This document shows, one piece after another, positions 39,255-47,985 of a stretch of 64,000 nt of DNA. Positions within the stretch are counted from its first letter, which is position 1. Each line of letters begins with the position of its first letter. This stretch comes from a virus. The translations under genes were made by a program, and so were the position numbers. The stretch is from IMG/VR virus record IMGVR_UViG_3300048582_000084, positions 17,137 through 81,136 of that record. One strand, given 5' to 3'. Below the pieces are notes generated by a model, which was not told where the DNA came from, ran no database searches, and worked only from the letters and a program-made list of their open reading frames with translations.

Positions 39255-39712
39255 GCACCTCGCGCGTCGATAGCCTTGAACCCATACTCGATCAGGACTG
39301 GAATATCGGTCTCGCTGAGAGTCAGGCTCATGGGGAGCAACCAGCGAAGGTTGGGCATCAGGTCGAGGTCCGGACGAACCAGTACATCGCCGTCGAAGAT
39401 GCGAACTTCTTCACTCTCGGGAGAACGAACTTCATCGAGGATCGATGGCGGGAGAATGGTGACGAAGCAGTCGATCTCAAATCCAGCCTGTTTGTCCCGT
39501 AGAATAGCGAACTTCTGCCATACGGTGTGGAAAATCGACACACCGGTCTCTTCGCGGAACTCGCGAGCCATTGCGGCATGAGGGTCCTCGCCCGGTTCGA
39601 TCTTACCGCCGACGCCGTTCCATTTCCCTGCCATCCAATCAGGACGGTCTTTCTTAATTAGGGTCACACGAATGTCGTAATCGAAGGCAAAACCTAGTAC
39701 ATAGTGTTGCAT
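39248..39712 (-). CDS. Nudix hydrolase
   Basis: GGKIEPGE......AREFREETG Nudix box. Confidence 0.92.
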   Translation of the reverse strand: MQHYVLGFAFDYDIRVTLIKKDRPDWMAGKWNGVGGKIEPGEDPHAAMAREFREETGVSIFHTVWQKFAILRDKQAGFEIDCFVTILPPSILDEVRSPESEEVRIFDGDVLVRPDLDLMPNLRWLLPMSLTLSETDIPVLIEYGFKAIDARGAC

Positions 39713-39765
39713 CTAAAGTCCTTTAAGTTTGTAGAAAGGGAGGCCCGAAGGCCTCCCTCAGTCAA

Positions 39766-40950
39766 TCACCAGCGCGAAAGCTGCCAGCGCTTGCTACCAG
39801 ATACGATGTGGACATTCACGACGCGTGCGCCGTCTTCCCAAACGTCAGCAGTTTCGAAGAATTCATCCTCGTCAGGCTGGCAGTCTGCGGCCCACTCGAC
39901 TGTGACAGTCTCAGTCATGAGGTCCCCATCTTCATCAAGCCACCGGATTTGACCCGTCCAGTCTGCCACTTCCTCCATGCAGGAGGCCTTGAAATCCTCA
40001 ATGGCTTCCTCAAGGTCCTCCAGACAGGTCGCGTATTCCTGATCTTCACCATCGACGGTGAAGTGGGCGACCCACTCGTCGTCGTAATCAAGGGCGAAAC
40101 GCACGACGACGCCGTGGATATCTCGGATCACGTCCGTCTCATCTGCCTCCAGAGTACCTCCGGAGGTGAGGTCGGACTCGGCACGCGGCGCGAAGTTCGC
40201 TTCGCTCATGACAGCCGACGAGAAGATCGTAGCCACATCGGCCGGGGCGACCTCACCGATCACGCGGTAACCCGCGCAGCGCATCTTCGCGTTGTTGTAG
40301 TCGCGAGGAATGGCGACCACATCGGCAGGATCGACCTCAACGATGACCACGCGGTCGCCGTTGGAGTAGCTACCAAAGTGCGGCAGATACGACGCCGAGC
40401 AGACGTGCAAGCCGTGCGAACAGGTCTGGTCAGGGTTCTCGTCCACCTGATTGCGCGGGATGCGGAGCGTCTGCCCCACCGCGTTCAGCATGGTGCCGCT
40501 GTGAATGTCGTAGTAATCCTTCCGGACCTTCTTGTAGGCAAGGAACTTACCATCCGGCGTGATCGGAATGTTGGTAGCCTCAAGGAAGTCGTAGAGGCCC
40601 GTCACCGCACGGTTAGACGGGTTGTTCATCAGGCGCTCAAGGAAGTTGGTGAGCGGGCTGATATCGAAGCCCTCGGACAGCATGCTGAGCATGCGACGCG
40701 ACAGCGTCGAGTGTAGCGGCTTTCCGTCGAAGAAGACGGTGTCGTTGGTGATCGTCACCCGACCGGCGCTCTTGGTCTGGATCGCCTGCGGAATGTCGAA
40801 CATCTTGGCGAGCTTGGCCTTGTCGGCGGCGCCAGCCTTCAGGTAGTCCTTGATATCCGCGAAGTTCGGGTGCGAAGTCTTGGCAACGTAGGTCTTGCCG
40901 TCAACGATGACGGTGATCGAGGCGCTGCCGATGATAAACGGAACAGTCAT
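39766..40950 (-). CDS. rIIB: rIIB-like protein
   Basis: FLERL..NPS, ITPDG.FLAYK.V, CSHGLHV, V.VDPADVV.IP.DY. Confidence 0.9.
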   Translation of the reverse strand: MTVPFIIGSASITVIVDGKTYVAKTSHPNFADIKDYLKAGAADKAKLAKMFDIPQAIQTKSAGRVTITNDTVFFDGKPLHSTLSRRMLSMLSEGFDISPLTNFLERLMNNPSNRAVTGLYDFLEATNIPITPDGKFLAYKKVRKDYYDIHSGTMLNAVGQTLRIPRNQVDENPDQTCSHGLHVCSASYLPHFGSYSNGDRVVIVEVDPADVVAIPRDYNNAKMRCAGYRVIGEVAPADVATIFSSAVMSEANFAPRAESDLTSGGTLEADETDVIRDIHGVVVRFALDYDDEWVAHFTVDGEDQEYATCLEDLEEAIEDFKASCMEEVADWTGQIRWLDEDGDLMTETVTVEWAADCQPDEDEFFETADVWEDGARVVNVHIVSGSKRWQLSRW

Positions 40951-41009
40951 TTTATTCTCCGTAATAGGGGGTTTGGGAGTGGGGAGAGACACGGCTCTCC
41001 CCACCAAGA

Positions 41010-43301
41010 TCAAGCTGCGATGGTGGTAGACGACGCAGCGGTAGTTTGAACGATAGCGGCAGTCTTCGCTGCGGCACGGGTTGCGTGCAACAAGTCGATA
41101 GCCTCAATGTACTCCAAGATTGGTGCGAGGTCGGCAGAAGACCCGCGAGTGAGTGTATAGTGGTCGTACTTACGCAAGATGGGGTAAGACCTGTTGCACG
41201 CCTGAATCTTACTAATCAGTGTGGCGAGCTTAGGCGAGTTGTTGACCCGAGACTGCGCCTTACTTCTCACATTGGAGACGTCGTAACCCAAATCATTAAA
41301 GGCGACGAGTGTACGCGCATAGGGTGCAGCAAGCGCATTGAGCCACTTCTCGGTGTTCTCGATCCCGAGATTCGGGATGGCGCTGTGGATATCGTAAAGA
41401 TTCCCCCGCTTGGAGTTCTGGACGACTCCCACAAGCGTCTGGTTCACACGCAACAGAGTACACCAGTTGTCTCCGCGTAGCATGTTAGCGAGAGACTGGT
41501 TTTCCCCCTCAACTGTAAGCTTGTCTTCCAGCGTAGTGACATGGGGAGCCAGGGTCGCGGACCACTCGGTCCAGCTTCCGCTGTCTTCCACACGCTTCTG
41601 GTAGACCACACTGACTACGTAGAGGGGCTTAGTTGAGTCAACGAACCCGGCAGCGTGAAGGCCATGCAGCCCATTGAGGAAGGTGCTGATTTGGGCCTTG
41701 ATTTTACGCGGACCCAAGTCTTGGATTATCGATTCGCGCATGAACACGTAGTAAGCATCACCGTCCAGTTGGACGACCTTCTCCGGTTCAAGGGCGTAGC
41801 CGTCCTTACCAAGCTTGGCTTCACGAACCTTGACCTCTTCCTTCTTCGTCGTGCCACGCTTGGGAGCGCTGGCGCGAGGCGTCATGACAGGGGCCGGTAG
41901 ATCGCGCGTCCACGTCACCATCGTCGCTGGAGGGTTGCCCATCGCATCGAGGATAGCCTTGTGGTCCGCTTCATCCGCGAGGACGAAGAGGATGGCGCTG
42001 CCGTTGTTGGCTACACGCTTGTAGTGTTCCATGATGCGGCGCCCTTCGTGGGTTGGGCGCTTCTCGGCAACAGTGAAGTAGATGGATAGGGTTTCGTTGC
42101 CGTAATCCCACAGCATCCGACTGCCGCTGGAACGCGAGTCCCCGTCGATGTAGACGGACGAGTTGAGGCGTCGCAGGCGGTAGTATTCCCAGAAGTATGG
42201 AGAGAACTTGATTCCCTTTGCGTCCAGATCAGTAATGATCCGGGACATAGAGAAGTTGTCGCAGTTCGTCGTGCCCTTCCACTTGGTGCCAGCAATCAGC
42301 CGCACCAGCGAGATGGGAAGGTTCGACTTTTGAGACAGTTCTCTAAGCTTCTTGCCCGCCTCCCAAAGCGTGGGAGCGTCCTTGATCGACTTACCGTAGT
42401 GTTCGTGGACGTCCTTGGACACGCTGTTGAGGCGTGCAACGATGTTCGCACACGTAGGGGCGTCATAGGACAGAGACTCGCGAGAGGCTGCGACGTCGAG
42501 GCTGCCAATCGGGAAGTCGATCAGCAGCGGCGCGTTCAGTAGTGCCACGTACTCAGGTGGAAGCTGACTGATCGAGGAGGCCGACAGCGGGTAGACCACG
42601 CAGCCCTGGCGAGCGCGAGCGCCGCCGTGGGACTGAAGAAGCTGCCAGCCCTTGCCAGAGGCGAGGGTAACAGGCTTCATCAACGTGATCTGGTTCCCCT
42701 CGATCTTTGGGAAGGTCGGGAACCACTGAAGAATCGAAGCCGCCTTGTCCCGGAACCCGGTGACGTCCTTCTGCTCGATGGTCATCTGGAATTCGACGCC
42801 CTGCGGCTCCGTCGAGGGCTGGCGGTCCATCAGCGCGATGCTGGGGACACCGTCCTTGGCGAAGTACGCGGTGTAGACGCGCCGTTCGCCGTCCTTCCAC
42901 ACCGTGATGGTGAAGGAATCGACCAGCGAGAACGGGGACTTCGACCCCAGGCCGAACGCGCCGACTTGGTTGTTCGACGTGTCCTTGGACGATTCGAAGA
43001 CCGTGCTGAGCAGACGCATCGTCTGTTCGTGCGTCATGGAGACGCCGAAGTCGCGAACCTTGAAGGTGGGGTCGAAGATGGTCGGCAAGCGGACGACGAA
43101 CGGGACGTCGCCCTTGCCGATTGCAAGATGCGCGTCGTAGGCGTTCGTGCAGAGTTCGCGGATAACCGCCGCGACCTTGTCGGCGTACAGCCCGTCGATC
43201 AGAATCTTGAATGCCTTACCCGACGCGCGGATCGTGAAATCGCGGGTCTCGGTCAGGTTGGCGGTCTCAAATGCGCCGCCAGTCGAAGTGTTGAGTTTCA
43301 T
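41010..43301 (-). CDS. rIIA: rIIA-like protein (GHKL ATPase N-terminus)
   Basis: LY..K..AVIRELCTNAYDAH, VRDFG, GAFGLGSKSPF, SRESLSY; directly upstream of rIIB. Confidence 0.92.
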   Translation of the reverse strand: MKLNTSTGGAFETANLTETRDFTIRASGKAFKILIDGLYADKVAAVIRELCTNAYDAHLAIGKGDVPFVVRLPTIFDPTFKVRDFGVSMTHEQTMRLLSTVFESSKDTSNNQVGAFGLGSKSPFSLVDSFTITVWKDGERRVYTAYFAKDGVPSIALMDRQPSTEPQGVEFQMTIEQKDVTGFRDKAASILQWFPTFPKIEGNQITLMKPVTLASGKGWQLLQSHGGARARQGCVVYPLSASSISQLPPEYVALLNAPLLIDFPIGSLDVAASRESLSYDAPTCANIVARLNSVSKDVHEHYGKSIKDAPTLWEAGKKLRELSQKSNLPISLVRLIAGTKWKGTTNCDNFSMSRIITDLDAKGIKFSPYFWEYYRLRRLNSSVYIDGDSRSSGSRMLWDYGNETLSIYFTVAEKRPTHEGRRIMEHYKRVANNGSAILFVLADEADHKAILDAMGNPPATMVTWTRDLPAPVMTPRASAPKRGTTKKEEVKVREAKLGKDGYALEPEKVVQLDGDAYYVFMRESIIQDLGPRKIKAQISTFLNGLHGLHAAGFVDSTKPLYVVSVVYQKRVEDSGSWTEWSATLAPHVTTLEDKLTVEGENQSLANMLRGDNWCTLLRVNQTLVGVVQNSKRGNLYDIHSAIPNLGIENTEKWLNALAAPYARTLVAFNDLGYDVSNVRSKAQSRVNNSPKLATLISKIQACNRSYPILRKYDHYTLTRGSSADLAPILEYIEAIDLLHATRAAAKTAAIVQTTAASSTTIAA

Positions 43302-43368
43302 GTTAGAGGGTTTGGCTCCTGAGTTTGGGTTGAATTACAAAAAGGACCCGAAGGTCCTTTTCTTGATT

Positions 43369-43393
43369 TTCTCTCTAGGAGGGTTGAGTATTC
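43369..43393 (-). promoter_or_regulatory. Candidate phage-RNAP promoter upstream of rIIA
   Basis: Identical to 60661-60685. Confidence 0.6.
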
Positions 43394-43399
43394 GGCTGC

Positions 43400-44557
43400 T
43401 CAGAGGTTTGACAGACCTCCTAAGTGTTCGACCCGTGTCCAATAATCTTTCACACTTACCGTGTGTATGTTCTTACCTTTAGCAAGTAGATAAAGAGGTT
43501 GGTCCGCTCCGAATGTACTTCTAATCGCAGTCTCTACTGCCTCTCTCAAAACACCGTTTTTCAGACAGGAAAAATGGATTCGAATAAGAGGTATTTGATT
43601 CTTAACGCAGAACGCGTCTTTTTCCCTATCTGAGGGGAGCGTTCTAGATGCCAGCCTCCCTTTCTCTCCCCATAACGGCGCACCATCAGAAAAATGCTGC
43701 TGGCCGTCGAATTCGATCATCATCCCGTCCTGTAACCTGAAATCGAATTTGCGAAGTCTTTCGCCTATTCTAACCGAAAACTCTTTCTGAAAGTTTATAC
43801 CTTCTTCGATTAGAAAATTCTCGATAATAGTCTCGCCCCTGCTCTGCTTTGGGTGACACCCAGGACAGCGCGCAGTACCTTCGTCGATAGCGGTCATTTG
43901 GCGCCTACACGGTGTTAGGCAGAGCATACATTCATAGAACCCATACACCGATCCATCGGTTCGTATAAACCTGAAGCCCATATCCGTCGCGCGAGTTTTT
44001 CGCCTGTTTTCGACGCATCTGTCACATCTGAACTCACCTCTACGGACTGAATCCCTCTTTCGGTTTACGACGAGGTCGCACTTCAGACATGCGTACTCGG
44101 ACCTAGCCCGGTCAATACGGCGGATATGCTGAAGGCCGACTTTAGCCGCCTCGTCCCGCCACCGTGTACCTTCGCATCCGGGGCACTGCACGCTGGCGCT
44201 CTTTATACACGAACGCTCGCGTTCGAATTGTTCACTACAGGTAAGGCACTCGTACAGAGCCTTCCCATGCTTTTTGTTTTCCACATAACGTAGACCGAGA
44301 CGGGCCGCTGCGTCTTCGCGCTTTAGTATCACACATGTAGGACACTTTGTTTCTCCACGTCTCATGGACGAGCGCGAGGCCGTCAGTTCAGCCGTGCAAG
44401 CGCGACACTTATACGCACCAGACGCGCTGCCTACAGATGCTATAAAATTGAAGTTGTTTGCGGCTGCTTCTTCCCGCCAAATCGCAGTTTTATTCGATCC
44501 ATTTTTAGCTGAATCGGTAAGCACATTAGGGGGTAGACCTGTCTGACATGACAGCAT
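43400..44557 (-). CDS. Zn-finger-repeat Vsr/DUF559-like homing endonuclease
   Basis: Tandem ~35-aa CxxC...CxxC repeats then SRGE...FDF...IEFDGQQHF...D..K...C..IPLIRI. Confidence 0.8.
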   Translation of the reverse strand: MLSCQTGLPPNVLTDSAKNGSNKTAIWREEAAANNFNFIASVGSASGAYKCRACTAELTASRSSMRRGETKCPTCVILKREDAAARLGLRYVENKKHGKALYECLTCSEQFERERSCIKSASVQCPGCEGTRWRDEAAKVGLQHIRRIDRARSEYACLKCDLVVNRKRDSVRRGEFRCDRCVENRRKTRATDMGFRFIRTDGSVYGFYECMLCLTPCRRQMTAIDEGTARCPGCHPKQSRGETIIENFLIEEGINFQKEFSVRIGERLRKFDFRLQDGMMIEFDGQQHFSDGAPLWGEKGRLASRTLPSDREKDAFCVKNQIPLIRIHFSCLKNGVLREAVETAIRSTFGADQPLYLLAKGKNIHTVSVKDYWTRVEHLGGLSNL

Positions 44558-45920
44558 CGATATTTGCCTGTTTCTCTACAAGTTTGTTTGCAATCGTTGC
44601 GTCCAAACTACCCCCAAGAACAAGGTAAGAAATGTTACAGGGAAGGGTTTGGCTAATCCTGTGGACGCGATCCGCACATTGTAACATGCTTGCAGGGACA
44701 TAATCCAGTTCCGCAAATACAACGGTACGGCTCTTAGTCAGCGTCAGTCCCACACCTGCGGCGCGAATCTGACCGATGAACACCATAGGTTGCCCATCCG
44801 CCTGGAACGCATCCACGGCGGGTTGCCTAAGTTTCTCGGGGGTATCTCCGGTGATGGTTACCGCATCGTCTCCGAAATGGTCCGTCAGCGCAAGAGAAAT
44901 AGCCTTATGATACGTGAAGACGACGACTTTCTCGCCCTGCTCAACAAGGTTCTCAACGAACGACACGACCATCGGGAGCTTCTTCAACGCGACTTCCTGG
45001 CGGGTCGCTGCGAGGTCGGTCATGATCTGAACGCGGTCAGGTGCCTTTTCTTTGGCGAGCCGTTCGACCTGTTCGTCGAAATCCTCGGCCTCCAGATCGA
45101 CACCGCTTTGCGCCAGTTTGGCGAATAGTTCGGCCTCACGTTTCAGCAGCTTATCGACGCCCAAACCATCAGTCGGAAGTTCGATGACGCTGTGAAGCTT
45201 CGGAGGAAGGTTCAGCAGGTCTTTGTCATGTCGAATCATGAAGGAGGCGCGCAGCTTGTCGCCAAGTTCTTCAAGGTTCGAAGCACCAGAGACGTCGAGG
45301 CCCCACGGGCTTCGCCACGCCTTGCAGTAGCGCTTGACGAACGAGAAGTAGTCCTTCCCAAGACCCTTGGGATCAGCGACCTGACAGAAATTCCACAGAT
45401 CGATGGGGCGGTTGGTCATCGGCGTGCCGGTGAGCAGCACAAGCCGCTTGTACGGAATACCAATGATCGGCTTTCGCTTCGCCTTCTTGCCGAAGATCAG
45501 CTTCGTGCGCTTCGCGTCTGGATTCTTGGCGTAGTGCGCTTCGTCCAGAACGACGAAGTCCCAGGTCTTCGCAATCAGCAGAGCGTGGTGCTTGTCAATG
45601 AGGTCGTAGTTAATAACAACGACATCGCCATCGAGAGCGACCGTCTTTGAGTTCACAATTTGCACGACTATGTGGTCATGGACCGTGTACTTGTTCCACT
45701 CTCTCTGCCAGTTCAGCTTAAGAGACGCGGGGCAGACGATAAGGACGCGCTTGGGTTGGAAGCAGTTCATCAGCGCGATAGTGCTGAAGGTCTTGCCCAA
45801 GCCTGGAGCGTCCGCTATTAAAGTTACTTTACGTCCCGCCGCGAACCGTACATTTTCGTCTTGGTGCTTCATTAGAGCGACGCCGTCGGGGAGCGGGACG
45901 ACGTAGTCGTCCGGTAGCAT
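44526..45920 (-). CDS. SNF2-family helicase
   Basis: ADAPGLGKT, VCPASL..NW, DEAH, LTGTP..NR, AGVGLTL, DRVHRI. Confidence 0.93.
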   Translation of the reverse strand: MLPDDYVVPLPDGVALMKHQDENVRFAAGRKVTLIADAPGLGKTFSTIALMNCFQPKRVLIVCPASLKLNWQREWNKYTVHDHIVVQIVNSKTVALDGDVVVINYDLIDKHHALLIAKTWDFVVLDEAHYAKNPDAKRTKLIFGKKAKRKPIIGIPYKRLVLLTGTPMTNRPIDLWNFCQVADPKGLGKDYFSFVKRYCKAWRSPWGLDVSGASNLEELGDKLRASFMIRHDKDLLNLPPKLHSVIELPTDGLGVDKLLKREAELFAKLAQSGVDLEAEDFDEQVERLAKEKAPDRVQIMTDLAATRQEVALKKLPMVVSFVENLVEQGEKVVVFTYHKAISLALTDHFGDDAVTITGDTPEKLRQPAVDAFQADGQPMVFIGQIRAAGVGLTLTKSRTVVFAELDYVPASMLQCADRVHRISQTLPCNISYLVLGGSLDATIANKLVEKQANIDAVMSDRSTP

Positions 45921-45927
45921 TCCAGCC

Positions 45928-46314
45928 TTAGTTACGCCTTCGTGGGCGATGAATTGTCGTTATCTCGACACGCGCGATCCCTCGCTCCGTCATCTGGAGG
46001 CGGTCTGCGGTCCCCCGACTGACGTCGAGAATTCGCCCGCGAATGTAGGGTCCGCGATCCGTGATCGTGACAATGACGGATGTGTCATTGGCGAGATTAC
46101 GGACGTGGATGCGTGTACCGAGAGGAAGGGTGCGGTGGGCAGCCGTAAGCGCCCACTGGTTGAAAGGTTGACCATTCGCCATCAGCTTTCCGTGATGGTT
46201 TGATCCGTACCAACTAGCTGCCCCGCGCTCTCGCGCGGTCGCCTCACTTGGAGCCGACAGCAAGATCGCGGTCGCTGCGATGAGGCAGCGGAGTGTCTTG
46301 ATGCAGGTTTTCAT
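45928..46314 (-). CDS. rlpA: RlpA-like (DPBB) lytic transglycosylase with signal peptide
   Basis: G.ASWYG...HG..MANG..F...TAAHRTLP.GT...DRGPY..GRILDVS. Confidence 0.9.
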   Translation of the reverse strand: MKTCIKTLRCLIAATAILLSAPSEATARERGAASWYGSNHHGKLMANGQPFNQWALTAAHRTLPLGTRIHVRNLANDTSVIVTITDRGPYIRGRILDVSRGTADRLQMTERGIARVEITTIHRPRRRN

Positions 46315-46349
46315 GAAAAGGAACCCGCTAGGGTTCCGATCCATCACCA

Positions 46350-46607
46350 TCAGGTGGTGGTGTGATACTCAACGACACGGCGCTTGGCGGCGGGCGACAG
46401 AGAGAGCGTCGCGTCCTCGATCAGGTCAAGGACGTCCTGAAGGAGTACCTCGGCTGCGAGCCTAGCGGCGTGGGCCTCGCCATTTCGTCCGTCAGCCAGA
46501 CGGACGTGCATGTTGAGGAAGCATTCATCGAGGCCTTCGTGTAGCGAATTCGATGCCATAGCCATTGCCACGGCACAGCGAAGGTCTTGCTCTGTAGTTG
46601 CGGTCAT
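46350..46607 (-). CDS. Hypothetical protein
   Basis: CAGGA RBS. Confidence 0.5.
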   Translation of the reverse strand: MTATTEQDLRCAVAMAMASNSLHEGLDECFLNMHVRLADGRNGEAHAARLAAEVLLQDVLDLIEDATLSLSPAAKRRVVEYHTTT

Positions 46608-46649
46608 TTGTTTCCTGAGTAGGTGTCTGGATATTATATTGGTGGGGTA

Positions 46650-46738
46650 TGGTGGGCGATGTAGGATTCGAACCTACTCACTCCCTAAGGAGAACAGATT
46701 TACAGTCTGTCGCGACTCTCCAACTTCGCCGCTCGCCC
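46650..46738 (-). tRNA. tRNA-Tyr(GTA)
   Basis: Cloverleaf with long variable arm, ACAGA-CTGTAAA-TCTGT, GGTTCGAATCC, CCA end. Confidence 0.93.
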
Positions 46739-46747
46739 GAAAGGGGA

Positions 46748-46978
46748 TTAGTATTTGCGCCTGTTTGCCACCCGTTCGGCGGTTCGGTAGCACTCACCGA
46801 AGAGTGCTTGGCAGTATAGTTCTAGGCTCTTCTCGTTTCGCCACAGCGTGCGCCGCCTGGGAGATCGAGTGTTCCTTTGGGGGACAGCCACGCGCGCCAT
46901 CGCCCGATCCTGAAGAACGGTAACGAGGCACCGGAATCGGCGCTTGCGGTGCCGAGAGATTTCGTATCGGTAGATCAT
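46748..46978 (-). CDS. Arg-rich hypothetical protein
   Basis: ATGA overlap with upstream gene. Confidence 0.45.
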   Translation of the reverse strand: MIYRYEISRHRKRRFRCLVTVLQDRAMARVAVPQRNTRSPRRRTLWRNEKSLELYCQALFGECYRTAERVANRRKY

Positions 46979-47133
46979 CGACTCAATAAATCCTTCATGA
47001 TGATGTCTCGTTCGTCGTCAGTCATACCGCCCCACTTCGCGATTTCCGCTAGGGTGCGTTTGCAGCCGATGCAGCGTTTGGTGCCGTCTTCGATGCGCTC
47101 GATCTGACATAGACGGGTGCAGGGGGAGATCAT
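46975..47133 (-). CDS. DUF1289 small Cys-rich protein
   Basis: SPC..LC......C.GC.RTL.EI..W..M. Confidence 0.85.
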   Translation of the reverse strand: MISPCTRLCQIERIEDGTKRCIGCKRTLAEIAKWGGMTDDERDIIMKDLLSR

Positions 47134-47184
47134 TACTAGTTCCATAAAAGGAAAAGGAGACCTTCCGGTCTCCCCTCCACGAAC

Positions 47185-47261
47185 TGGTCTGCACGACAAG
47201 AGTTGAACTTGCGACCCTCGCGTCCCAAACGCGATGCTCTACCGGGCTGAGCTACATGCAG
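47185..47261 (-). tRNA. tRNA-Pro(TGG)
   Basis: TCGCG-TTTGGGA-CGCGA anticodon arm, cloverleaf, CCA. Confidence 0.92.
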
Positions 47262-47269
47262 TAATTGAT

Positions 47270-47344
47270 TGGCTGCCCGCTGAGGGGTCGAACCTCTGCC
47301 TCAGGGACCAAAGCCCCGCGTTCTGCCAGCTAAACTATCGGGCA
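47270..47344 (-). tRNA. tRNA-Gln(TTG)
   Basis: CGGGG-CTTTGGT-CCCTG anticodon arm, cloverleaf, CCA. Confidence 0.88.
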
Positions 47345-47353
47345 CTATGAAAT

Positions 47354-47447
47354 TGGCGGAAGGAGTAGGATTCGAACCTACGCGGGCACTTCACAGCACA
47401 CCGACCGCTTTCCAGGCGGTTGCAATAGTCCACTCTGCCATCCTTCC
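47354..47447 (-). tRNA. tRNA-Ser(GGA)
   Basis: ACCGC-CTGGAAA-GCGGT, long variable arm, GCCA end. Confidence 0.92.
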
Positions 47448-47452
47448 TGAAA

Positions 47453-47528
47453 TGGCTCGGGAGGGAGGGTTCGAACCTCCAACCACGCGATTAACAGTCG
47501 CGGGCTCTGCCAGTTGAGCTACTCCCGA
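47453..47528 (-). tRNA. tRNA-Asn(GTT)
   Basis: CGCGA-CTGTTAA-TCGCG, cloverleaf, CCA. Confidence 0.93.
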
Positions 47529-47532
47529 TAAT

Positions 47533-47607
47533 TGGTATCCCTAGGCGGATTTGAACCGCCGTTCTCGGATTGAAAATCCGGCGTCCTGACCACTAGACGA
47601 TAGGGAC
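47533..47607 (-). tRNA. tRNA-Glu(TTC)
   Basis: CGGA-TTTTCAA-TCCG, cloverleaf, CCA. Confidence 0.9.
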
Positions 47608-47610
47608 ATA

Positions 47611-47684
47611 TGGTGCCGGTTGCAGGAATCGAACCCGCGTGGCCGCGTTACAAAGGCGGTGCTTCGCCACTAAGCTAAACCGGC
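47611..47684 (-). tRNA. tRNA-Thr(TGT)
   Basis: CCGCC-TTTGTAA-CGCGG (C31:C39 mismatch), cloverleaf, CCA. Confidence 0.88.
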
Positions 47685-47723
47685 AAGAGCCCGAGTTTAT
47701 GGCCAAGGCTCAATCAAAGTACT

Positions 47724-47969
47724 TTACTCGGTGGTGTAAGACTCGCCGCCCGTAGTAGTGACCATCACGGTGGAGACGTAGTCGAAGCCAGCCGCGATCA
47801 GAAACCGACGGAACTGTTCAAGTACGTCGGGGAGATAGGCACCCTCAGGATGAAACGAGTCAATGTTCGCGCTGAACACCGTGACCCCGCCGCTGTTGTC
47901 GAAAGAATATGCGAAGCTGAACGCCTCGCCGCTAGTGTCCTTGCTCAGGTCGATAAGATCGTCGCCCAT
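47724..47969 (-). CDS. Hypothetical protein
   Basis: AAGGA RBS after terL. Confidence 0.55.
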   Translation of the reverse strand: MGDDLIDLSKDTSGEAFSFAYSFDNSGGVTVFSANIDSFHPEGAYLPDVLEQFRRFLIAAGFDYVSTVMVTTTGGESYTTE

Positions 47970-47985
47970 AAGAAGTTCTATGTCC

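Noticed and set aside
39808-40716. 302-aa + strand ORF
   Set aside because: Antisense shadow of rIIB.
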